DNA of 64,000 bases, taken from IMG/VR virus record IMGVR_UViG_3300031993_000006, positions 32,001 through 96,000 of that record; one strand, written 5' to 3'. Position numbers and translations under genes: made by a program. Origin of the DNA: a virus. Its lineage: Duplodnaviria > Caudoviricetes. Numbering within the stretch: position 1 is the first letter of the stretch; each line of letters opens with the position of its first letter. This document shows, one piece after another, positions 52,180 through 60,539 of this stretch. A model generated the notes under the pieces. The model did no database searches, was not told where the DNA came from, and was given only the letters and a program-made list of their open reading frames with translations.

Positions 52180-55100
52180 ATGAACGCATCAATCAACTTA
52201 AGCCTATTTGAAAGTGTCCGTATTCTCTTCGAAGCGGCCGCTACGGAAAACGAACTTTTCCGCATCATTGACGAAGATATCAGAAAGAACTTCTTTATTG
52301 AAGGCGACCCGACTATGCAGGCCGAGCAAGTCGACGAAGTTAACGATGTAGCCGAAATTTTCCGTACCGTAAGCGCTGCGGAAGCCCGACGCATTACCGG
52401 AAATGAAGAAATCCCAGATGTCGAAGATAACGATGCACCGGCCAACCCGGAAAATAATGCACCGAATGGCAACAATGGTACAATTTCAATCGTAGACTAC
52501 ATCCGTGCAAAGGCAATCGAAACCCTTACATATCCATCGAATCACCCAGGGTGCATGGGTATCGGTAATTCCCGCGAAGCAAAAATTAGACTTGGCAAAT
52601 TCTATGGAAGCAAACAAAAGCCGAAACCGCTGGACCCGAAAAACCCAGCAGGCAAATGGATATTGCCGCCGGATGAACCAGCTGCATTATCACAAACAAA
52701 ATATGCGCTCGTGTCCAATCCGGACCAATTGCCGCCAGACTTCAAAAATTATATCAGCCTGGTAGCTAGGCAATATCTACCCGGTTTAATCCGTATAGCA
52801 TTTGAGGATTGCGGTCTTGCTAGTTATCTATTCTATACATTTGATACACTCAGACGAGCACTATTGGTTTACTACGGCGAGCGTTTCGACAATAATTCAA
52901 AAAAACTACAGGACTTCCTTCGAGTGGAATTTCCACGGGAATGGGACTACGACCGTATGTTCCACCTAGCACATATTGTGATTCCGCAACTCGTCATCAA
53001 GTCTAAATTAGCACCGATGGAAGCAACGCCAAATTGCGACAAGGGTCTACTAAAGCAAAATATCGATTACCTCGGTAAAAACAATGTCGAGCTCATCCAA
53101 GAACTCATCGACCCAATCGAAACGCCGGTCGGACCAAACATTGATATAGGCGGTTCCCGTCCATTATCCTACAAAAACCTACTGAAACTTGCCGATGTTA
53201 ATGGAGTAAACCATTCTCAAGTTATTGACCAGCGAATGAAACGCCCTGATGGGACCTTGGATTATTATATTCCTCCGGAAAACAATAATGAGGATGATAA
53301 AAATAATGAAGATGAACAGGTCAAATTCCAGCTTGCCGGTCCGATAGTAACTGATGAAATGCGCCAATCTTATAACGATAACGCTCTTAAAGAAAAGTTA
53401 AAAAATGAAGCTAAATTAGAATTTCCTTCGATAAAGATAGGCGATTGGTATGTCGAACAAATCGGAAACGGCGTATCCGATGCAGAAAACTATCCAGATG
53501 GCTGGTTTACTTTTAATGAACCATCTGCCGGCAAACGACATCAATTCATTCACCGCACACCAAATGAGGAATACGGTGAAGGTGGCGTAGGATACTGGTG
53601 CTGGTGCCGCGGAATGCTCGAAAATTACCGGTCGTCTAAGTTGAAGGATGTCGCCTATGCGCTAGTCCATAAATCAGCACTTGACCCAGCAGTACTTAAA
53701 GACAAAGCATGGAACCATAAGCATAACGGAACTCGTTATGATGCATCAGCATTCGGTATTGTTATTGCCGGTGGTAAAGACCATAATCCTAACGAAGGCC
53801 ATATCCCTGGACTTGTTAAGGCAGATTGCTTCGAATCTAGAAATAACACGACATACGAAAGCGGTCGTCCCGGCCGTCCTAGCGCTGTATCATATCCACC
53901 CGACATGGTACCTAATGGCGGAAAAATTCCTGGTCTTGTCCCCATTAGAGACAGTATGTCCCTTAAAACAATGAACATTGCACAGGCTATCAATAACTCA
54001 ATCTTTTCATTAGCATTGATAGGCAAATGGGACTCCAACATAAATGTATACGATAGCGACGGAACACTGCACCCGGAAAATCTAGTACCCCTCATGCAAA
54101 AATGGTTCCCTGCCGATATTTCAGATGCCGAGCTTTTACCGGCACCGGAGAATATATATCATAGGCCAATTCGAATAAAGAGCATCGATATCAATGAAAT
54201 GGCGAAAGATATCGAACATATTATCACGACAAAGGGAACGCGTGTAAACGGTTTCCACCGCAGCGGAAACGATACTAGCGGCGATATATTTAAGTTCGAC
54301 GATTCTATTTTCAGAGGAAATGTATTTCAGTTTAAGGGAACCGACTATAGTGTATTAGCTAAGAATGATGCAACTCTTATTGCAGTTCCTACCGAAGTAT
54401 ACGATTCTACCCGTAAAAATTGTGATGGGAAGCTAGAAAATATCTTATTCTTCATGCAAGAAGATATTGACCCGCCGGCATTATTATTCCTCTATTTCAA
54501 CTATCCTGGCCAGAAGAAACATGTCGTTCCATTCCAAACAGAGCCAATCGCCTTGAGCGATGCACTATCGCTTAACGTCGATTCAGTAATAGACAAGCTC
54601 CAGCTCGACCAAATGAATAGAGATAAGCAAAAGAATCCACGCACTCTTCCTACACCGGATGAGCATGGCATCACCTGGTATGCTCCTATATTAGGCGAAA
54701 CACTCAAGAAAAATAGAATCGGCGTAGATATTAAGAACGGGGGAAAGGTATATCTTTCGGGACCGGATACAAATAATGAAGCCGTGCCTATCGAATGCAA
54801 AATACCCGGGCGCCTTCGGACATTCACCGCAAGAGGAAGTTTTATCAAGGTAGGTGACTCTGGATATAACCTATTTTTTAACGCACACCGCCGGAGCTAT
54901 ATCGGCTATGTAAGAAACAATAAAACTACTTGGTTCGAAGTCTTGTTCAGAACAACCTTCCCGGGAACCGATAATGCGCTTCTGAGCTACATCGATGATG
55001 AGGGGGAACGAGTCAAGAAACTGACGTTAGGCAACATCTATGGAAATCTAGCAAACCGTATGCGAATGTCCTCAAAAGACCGCTATACAGGATGCATCGA

Positions 55101-55326
55101 CTGGGTATCCACCGATGACACTATAGATGATGTCAATATATCCGATGACTTCAAGAATGAACAGTACGAGAATCATCCAAAAGATATCGGTCTATGCGTA
55201 ATCGCCGGCGATTTCAACGGAGACGCCCATAAGGCGGTGGGATATATCGACTGGTACAGTACCAGTACACTTGAATACCTCGATACGACTCCGGTATTCC
55301 TCAATGACCTATATCACAACGATTAA
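52180..55326 (+). CDS. Large late protein, distant paralog of 50899-52158
   Basis: LFESVRILFEA N-terminus; YLPGLIRIA versus YMPGVARIA; YWCWC..Y..AYAL..RYDASAFGIVI..SRNN. Confidence 0.8.
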   Translation: MNASINLSLFESVRILFEAAATENELFRIIDEDIRKNFFIEGDPTMQAEQVDEVNDVAEIFRTVSAAEARRITGNEEIPDVEDNDAPANPENNAPNGNNGTISIVDYIRAKAIETLTYPSNHPGCMGIGNSREAKIRLGKFYGSKQKPKPLDPKNPAGKWILPPDEPAALSQTKYALVSNPDQLPPDFKNYISLVARQYLPGLIRIAFEDCGLASYLFYTFDTLRRALLVYYGERFDNNSKKLQDFLRVEFPREWDYDRMFHLAHIVIPQLVIKSKLAPMEATPNCDKGLLKQNIDYLGKNNVELIQELIDPIETPVGPNIDIGGSRPLSYKNLLKLADVNGVNHSQVIDQRMKRPDGTLDYYIPPENNNEDDKNNEDEQVKFQLAGPIVTDEMRQSYNDNALKEKLKNEAKLEFPSIKIGDWYVEQIGNGVSDAENYPDGWFTFNEPSAGKRHQFIHRTPNEEYGEGGVGYWCWCRGMLENYRSSKLKDVAYALVHKSALDPAVLKDKAWNHKHNGTRYDASAFGIVIAGGKDHNPNEGHIPGLVKADCFESRNNTTYESGRPGRPSAVSYPPDMVPNGGKIPGLVPIRDSMSLKTMNIAQAINNSIFSLALIGKWDSNINVYDSDGTLHPENLVPLMQKWFPADISDAELLPAPENIYHRPIRIKSIDINEMAKDIEHIITTKGTRVNGFHRSGNDTSGDIFKFDDSIFRGNVFQFKGTDYSVLAKNDATLIAVPTEVYDSTRKNCDGKLENILFFMQEDIDPPALLFLYFNYPGQKKHVVPFQTEPIALSDALSLNVDSVIDKLQLDQMNRDKQKNPRTLPTPDEHGITWYAPILGETLKKNRIGVDIKNGGKVYLSGPDTNNEAVPIECKIPGRLRTFTARGSFIKVGDSGYNLFFNAHRRSYIGYVRNNKTTWFEVLFRTTFPGTDNALLSYIDDEGERVKKLTLGNIYGNLANRMRMSSKDRYTGCIDWVSTDDTIDDVNISDDFKNEQYENHPKDIGLCVIAGDFNGDAHKAVGYIDWYSTSTLEYLDTTPVFLNDLYHND

Positions 55327-55340
55327 CCAAATCAAAGACA

Positions 55341-55372
55341 AATAAGAAAGGCGGTCCGGTGGGCCGCCTTTC
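55341..55372. terminator. Bidirectional intrinsic terminator
   Basis: GAAAGGCGGTCC-GGT-GGGCCGCCTTTC; minus-strand tail TTTCTTATTT. Confidence 0.85.
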
Positions 55373-55585
55373 CCGTTTAAACCGTTAACTGAAACCTACC
55401 TAAATCTACCAAGAGATAGACCTATGTGATTTCCTACCTTGCCCATCGCTGGGTAGGCCGTAACGGCACTTAATCAACCGCATCTACGCCATATTCCTAA
55501 TATGCATCAAACAACACGGCTGGCTTGCCTAGTCCTACTCCATTGCTGGAGAGCCTTAACACGGTCGGCATATCAGACTAGACAT
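55341..55585 (-). ncRNA. Candidate structured non-coding RNA (about 240 nt)
   Basis: Promoter variant CCTATATTTAG at 55588-55598, terminator at 55341-55372, no ORF in the track, multiple helices with G-U pairs and two GNRA tetraloops. Confidence 0.65.
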
Positions 55586-55662
55586 TTCTAAATATAGGTT
55601 ATTTTCTATATATTTCAATAGCAGATTTCGCTATATTTAGTTAAATTTTGCTAACATTTTCG

Positions 55663-56130
55663 TTAACAGCTAGCAACCCGCACCATCTTCAGCGCAGACT
55701 TTCCGGCATTGTTCCCTACATCCCCCCAGTGGCTCTTAGTCCACCCGGCAAAGAACAACGCCATATCCACAAGAGATGCCTTCCACCGGGGAAGCCCGTT
55801 TTCCCGCAACGCGCCCCTGTACAGGTCATCGCATTCCTCGCGGTTCAACTGTCCGAACCCCTTCTCGCCATAGAGTGCATCATGCAGCAACGCCGCAACA
55901 TTGAACCCGGCACCGCCATGTTCCTTCCAAGACGGGAGAATCCACTGGAAAGCCTTCGGGACGGAGGCCCCGTCAGACTCGAAACCAGCCTTGATGAGGA
56001 TATGCATCCGGTAAGGTACATAGTTAGCATCGTGTGCAGTAATATCGATGGAAAGGTCCCGTGAAAGGATATACTTTCCACCAACCTTTTCATATTCGAG
56101 CGGACTATACATCATTGAATCGAGTGTCAT
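55663..56130 (-). CDS. DUF1353-family protein
   Basis: IKAGFESDGASVP..AALLHDALY..REECDDLY; TATAAACT at 56158-56165. Confidence 0.85.
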   Translation of the reverse strand: MTLDSMMYSPLEYEKVGGKYILSRDLSIDITAHDANYVPYRMHILIKAGFESDGASVPKAFQWILPSWKEHGGAGFNVAALLHDALYGEKGFGQLNREECDDLYRGALRENGLPRWKASLVDMALFFAGWTKSHWGDVGNNAGKSALKMVRVASC

Positions 56131-56169
56131 AGCAAACCTTCCGATAAACAATCCACTAGTTTATAGAAT

Positions 56170-57243
56170 TTACCACGGCATACCATTGGACGGCTTACTG
56201 CGATTAGCCGCCTTTGCGAGGTCACTCAGGTTTGGTGGTTCCCGACGAGCAGTGCTGAACGGTACGAATGCCTGAGTCGGACTTGGTTCTTCGCCTTCAT
56301 CAGAATCCGGTTCAATCGCCTTGATGTCGCTAGGTTTCTTTCCAAGGAAACCACGGACAAGGTTAGGGTCAAGTCCACCAAAGATATCGTCGAGCGAAAC
56401 AACCTCTTGTTCCGGTGCATTTTCCGGCTTACCAAAGGTCTCGTTCATTGCGTCGTTGTATTCCTTAGTATACACGACATTGACGCCCGGGTCTATCTGC
56501 ATTATCGAATTATCGATGCCGGTAACCTGTGCGACAGTCTTGTACTTCTTCGGGTCCTTCACGCCGCAACGGATGAGAATGTCATAGTCAGAGTCGTCAA
56601 GCTCACGATTGAAATCGATGCCCTTCTGCGCGATAATGAGAGAACCCGCACGGGCGAGCTTCTCGCTTTCGGAATCGGCATCCATCGCATCCTGATAACC
56701 CTTCGGGTCGAACTTCTTGAAGACTTCAGTAATCGTAATCTTAGACGGGTCAGTGACACCGAAAATCGCAAGGAACTTTGGATACTTCGGAAGCCAGCTC
56801 ATCTTCTCCTTATCGCTAACCGGCGACTTGTAGTAGAACGGTATGCTGGATGTATACTCGGCTAGTCGTGCCGGAGATACCGCACCATTGCTGACGACAT
56901 CAGAAAAGTCATCGTATGTCGGCTTGGTAAGTTCCTTAGCCTGTTCACGGGTATAATGAGCGGCAATCATCTTAGCCTTTGGTGAAGCCGGCCAGTCGGA
57001 TTTCTTGTCTTCATCGGAAGGTTCATCCTTCTGTACTTTCACCGGCTTCGGCGCTTTAGACTTCTTCACTTCAGGTGCGCCCAATATTACAGTACCGGTA
57101 CTTTCGCCGGAAATCGTCGCTGGGCCACCCGCCTCTTTATCATTCTTGCCTGACTGGGACTCAATCGCAGCATCCCACTCGTCAAGCTCATCAAAAGCCT
57201 GTACTGCCTTCTCTATGGTTTCGTCATCAATCTTCTCAGCCAT
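56170..57243 (-). CDS. Hypothetical protein
   Basis: 357 aa from the ATG at 57243 after GAGGAG. Confidence 0.75.
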   Translation of the reverse strand: MAEKIDDETIEKAVQAFDELDEWDAAIESQSGKNDKEAGGPATISGESTGTVILGAPEVKKSKAPKPVKVQKDEPSDEDKKSDWPASPKAKMIAAHYTREQAKELTKPTYDDFSDVVSNGAVSPARLAEYTSSIPFYYKSPVSDKEKMSWLPKYPKFLAIFGVTDPSKITITEVFKKFDPKGYQDAMDADSESEKLARAGSLIIAQKGIDFNRELDDSDYDILIRCGVKDPKKYKTVAQVTGIDNSIMQIDPGVNVVYTKEYNDAMNETFGKPENAPEQEVVSLDDIFGGLDPNLVRGFLGKKPSDIKAIEPDSDEGEEPSPTQAFVPFSTARREPPNLSDLAKAANRSKPSNGMPW

Positions 57244-57280
57244 ATGGCGTCTCCTCATTTTACAAATAGAAAACTATACC

Positions 57281-57305
57281 AAAAATGCCCGGTGTAACCG
57301 GGCAT
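57281..57305 (-). terminator. Intrinsic terminator
   Basis: Minus strand ATGCCCGG-TTACA-CCGGGCAT-TTTT. Confidence 0.75.
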
Positions 57306-57334
57306 CAATATGGAACAGTATTCAGAAAATGCGA

Positions 57335-58054
57335 TTAGTTCGCAGGGACCGCATTTTGAAGAACCATATCGGCAAGGGCGTCGTAATCGACTCCATCATC
57401 ACCAATAGATTCCTGAAGGCTCTTCTCGCCGCACTCTTCTATCGGAGTATCGGAATTCGGCTTTTTCGAATCCTTTTCGTCTTCCTTCTTGTCATCAGAC
57501 TTTTCGGAATCCTTCTTGACCGCATTTTTCGGGAACGGTGGCTTCGGTTTAACAACCGGCTTTTCGCCTTCCTTTTCACAGACTGTTTCGCACTTGTCGC
57601 CATCACAGACGGTCGTGCATTCGCCATCCTTGCATTTACCTTCGGCGCATTCCGGTGCACCGCCGACTTCCGGCTCGGCTACCACGACTTCGGTTTCATC
57701 CGCAGATTCCTCATCATCGTCGCTATTTCCAAAAAACACTTCGGCCGGATTCTTGCCGGAAGCGACAGCCTTATCGAATTCTTCCATCACGCCACCAACG
57801 ATAGCCTGTTCATCAGTATCGAGAAGCGGCATAAACACCTGGAGAAGACCGTTAATCCCTTCCTTGAGATTTTCAGCGGTGAACCCGCCAGCAGCTTCGA
57901 GCTTAGGCTTAATGTAACCTTCACGAACGGCCATGTTATACTTGAACTTATTGAGTGCGTCATTGTTCGTCCCGTCTTTCAGGGAATCAGCAAATCCCAT
58001 AAATGCTTCAAACTGAGCAGGGCCGAGAGTACGCTTAGGTTTGATGGTGGACAT
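57335..58054 (-). CDS. Late acidic protein, candidate internal head protein
   Basis: TATAAACT at 58089-58096; QFEA, KLEA and LQES motifs; Cys-rich CxxGxC repeats. Confidence 0.75.
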   Translation of the reverse strand: MSTIKPKRTLGPAQFEAFMGFADSLKDGTNNDALNKFKYNMAVREGYIKPKLEAAGGFTAENLKEGINGLLQVFMPLLDTDEQAIVGGVMEEFDKAVASGKNPAEVFFGNSDDDEESADETEVVVAEPEVGGAPECAEGKCKDGECTTVCDGDKCETVCEKEGEKPVVKPKPPFPKNAVKKDSEKSDDKKEDEKDSKKPNSDTPIEECGEKSLQESIGDDGVDYDALADMVLQNAVPAN

Positions 58055-58113
58055 AAAAACTACCTCGTATGGTATTCAGTTATGTCCAAGTTTATATAAG
58101 TGGATAATTTTCG

Positions 58114-59661
58114 TTAACCGGCGGCAAATACGAATTCAGGTTCAGTAGCAATCCCAAGCATTTCAAGGTTGACCTCACGGTTGTACTGAGCGACATTCTT
58201 GTCGACCACGTGCTGCCTGAACTCCTCGACGGTCATGGTCGGAATGCTGAGAAGCTGCAGTTCATCATTGGCAAGGTCGTTCACCCTATGGGATAATCCC
58301 TCAGGAACGATAAGGGAATCGTGTACGGTACAATACGGGCATCCGACCTCTCGAGTAACCCTCGGTATCAACCGGTCGAACACAAAGAAACTTTCAATGC
58401 GCTGCATCTCACGAGCTAAAGCAGGGTAATTTGTAGACTTCATCTGTTCGATAGCGCATAAAAGTCTAGGGAAATGCTCGACCCAGACACGTCTTGTAGC
58501 CGCCCTTAGCTCATTTGGGTCATTTTCGATGTTAACTGGACCAAATAGGAACACGAAGAATGCCTGTTTTGCCTCATCTCGGTCAATATTTCGGTCGATA
58601 TCGCAATCTTCTGACAGCTCATTTGCGAAAAACTCGTATAATTTACCATGTTTTAGGATTGAGTCGTACTTGTCGCACTCCAAAAGGTACTTTTCGGGGT
58701 CATTTATCTTGACTTTTTGCTGCAGCTCGCATAAAGTTGGTGATGAACGGAGGTCAAAGAAGCTATGATTCTCTACAATGGCCCGCAAAATTACACCAAG
58801 AAACGCACCCTGACTTGACTTGATATCGATTGAGCTAGTTGGGTGCCCGTCGCAGGTAAGGCATTCACTACGAACTTCCTTCTTCATCTGCGTAACATTG
58901 GTATGGATTCTACCGAAACGGTCCTTCTTCACGAACAGGGCGGTATTGCTTTTCCCTATCTGGTTAAAGCGCTCGACCTTCTTCATTTCAAGACGCATCT
59001 TCTTGGGTGTCATCTTCCCGGAATCCACCATTTCCCGCAAGAGCATTTCTGCCCTATCTTCCTCTATGGCGAAATGGGTCAGCTCATCATGACACTTCCT
59101 GATTCGAGGGTCTTCAAGCTGATGTGTCTTCACATCAGCCGCACAGAGCTCAAGCCGCTTGAGGAAAGGCTTGGACTTAATCATATAAGGACGCGTCCTG
59201 CCGAACTTCTTCATCGTCCCCGTCGTATCCGACATCCGGAACTCACGGGTAAAACAGTATTTGTCCCAATAGGACGCATACGGCTTGCAGAACCAGAATG
59301 CCTTGCTCTTTCCGGGACTCGATTTTGTCCCCACAAGGTATGTACGGCTTCTACCGATGAAGCCCCAACTTTCGAGGTCCTCGATGATTCTGTTATAGTC
59401 ATTGCCTATAGCGTTTCGGAGATATAGGGAATGCAGATTACAGTGCCAAGTGTTGATATCTACCGTGTTTCCCGCCATTCGGGAATCGTGGTAGACCCGC
59501 CTAAGCTGTCGGGAAACTAAGTGAAGTACGAAAAGATACTTCTCCCTATTACGTACACAGCCGGGATGCTTCTCAAGCTTCTGCTTGAGAGGGGTCATCA
59601 CGACCTCCGGAATGCGGATTTTGTACTCAAATTTGGGTAGCATGTCCTTAAAATTAGTCAA
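58114..59661 (-). CDS. Winged-helix plus superfamily-A polymerase palm (T7-RNAP/TV-Pol-like), no exonuclease; candidate origin primase or initiator (start may be the ATG at 59643)
   Basis: DRFGRIH (DxxGR), IDIKSSQ (motif A), RDEAKQAFFVFLFG (motif B), MQRIES, TVHDSLIV (motif C); N-terminal YNRIIEDLESWGFI..Y..G..SKAF. Confidence 0.75.
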   Translation of the reverse strand: MTNFKDMLPKFEYKIRIPEVVMTPLKQKLEKHPGCVRNREKYLFVLHLVSRQLRRVYHDSRMAGNTVDINTWHCNLHSLYLRNAIGNDYNRIIEDLESWGFIGRSRTYLVGTKSSPGKSKAFWFCKPYASYWDKYCFTREFRMSDTTGTMKKFGRTRPYMIKSKPFLKRLELCAADVKTHQLEDPRIRKCHDELTHFAIEEDRAEMLLREMVDSGKMTPKKMRLEMKKVERFNQIGKSNTALFVKKDRFGRIHTNVTQMKKEVRSECLTCDGHPTSSIDIKSSQGAFLGVILRAIVENHSFFDLRSSPTLCELQQKVKINDPEKYLLECDKYDSILKHGKLYEFFANELSEDCDIDRNIDRDEAKQAFFVFLFGPVNIENDPNELRAATRRVWVEHFPRLLCAIEQMKSTNYPALAREMQRIESFFVFDRLIPRVTREVGCPYCTVHDSLIVPEGLSHRVNDLANDELQLLSIPTMTVEEFRQHVVDKNVAQYNREVNLEMLGIATEPEFVFAAG

Positions 59662-59793
59662 CCGAACGCCTTCTGGCAGGAGTTTATTTCAAAATTGCGG
59701 ACCCCATTGGTCCTTTCTATTCAAATAATAGCAAAAACTTACTTTCTTGGTGCATAGGGCTTACGCCATGTGATGGCCGATGCCATAAGCAAC

Positions 59794-59916
59794 ATCAGGT
59801 ACTATAAATATGTTTCAGGATTGAGGGTGGTTTAGGTGCTAATCCCAGGTTCCCCTGAGGATTCCCCCATGATGCAATAATGGATACAGAGTATCAAGTA
59901 CTATAAATATGTTTCA
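59794..59916 (+). repeat. Two 24-bp direct repeats ATCARGTACTATAAATATGTTTCA in a candidate origin region
   Basis: 59794-59817 and 59893-59916, one mismatch, 99-bp period. Confidence 0.9.
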
Positions 59917-60026
59917 TGATTTGAAACACAAATTCAAGCTATCGGAGGGGCTCGGAACGGCCTAAAGTCGGGGCTCCCGGGTTGCCCCCGGGGCCAATTT
60001 TAATTATATTCCATAATATGGAACCT

Positions 60027-60539
60027 ATGGATATTCGGAGGCTGACGGCCTCCAAGCTAGAGCTGTGCCCAGCGCGGGATTTCTTCGCCGGTATTACCCG
60101 GTGGTGTACCGAGTTTTCCATTATGCGACCGGCTACGATGAGTTTCCAGTATGGGAATAAGGGGAGCATCATTGTCACACCGTATGGTGAGCCGTTGGAA
60201 CTCGCCGATACCGTCACTGACCCGGAAAGGTTTAGGAAAGCCCTGTCGATGGCGGTGTTCGAGTATGTCGGCCAGTGTAACCGGGTGATTGCGAGGCTTC
60301 CGTATATGCCAAACCAGCGATACAATATGTACCGGGGTGCAGGTGAGCCTAGCAGGCCCGGTCAGGTGTATCGAGTAGTTCTCTGGACGGGGATAGGCGA
60401 TGCCGGGGAATACAAGTTCTACTTCCTGCCTGAACGGGAAGCTGACCGCAAGACGATGGGTGCCGACAACGCCCCGAAGGTAGCCTATATGGTTCCCGAA
60501 TGGGTCTACAATGACCAGGCCGGGGTCGGGAGGGGATAA
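60027..60539 (+). CDS. Hypothetical protein
   Basis: ATG within an AACCTATGGA box; TAATG overlap with uvsW. Confidence 0.7.
   Translation: MDIRRLTASKLELCPARDFFAGITRWCTEFSIMRPATMSFQYGNKGSIIVTPYGEPLELADTVTDPERFRKALSMAVFEYVGQCNRVIARLPYMPNQRYNMYRGAGEPSRPGQVYRVVLWTGIGDAGEYKFYFLPEREADRKTMGADNAPKVAYMVPEWVYNDQAGVGRG

Noticed and set aside
55525-55585. Hammerhead ribozyme in domain 1 of the candidate ncRNA (CUGAUA)
   Set aside because: It lacks the CUGANGA and GAAA core.
59794-59916. 24-bp repeats as a mini-CRISPR array
   Set aside because: Only two copies, a 75-bp spacer and no cas genes; the position fits iteron or promoter-like sites better. They do contain TATAAATA, so tandem promoters are not excluded.
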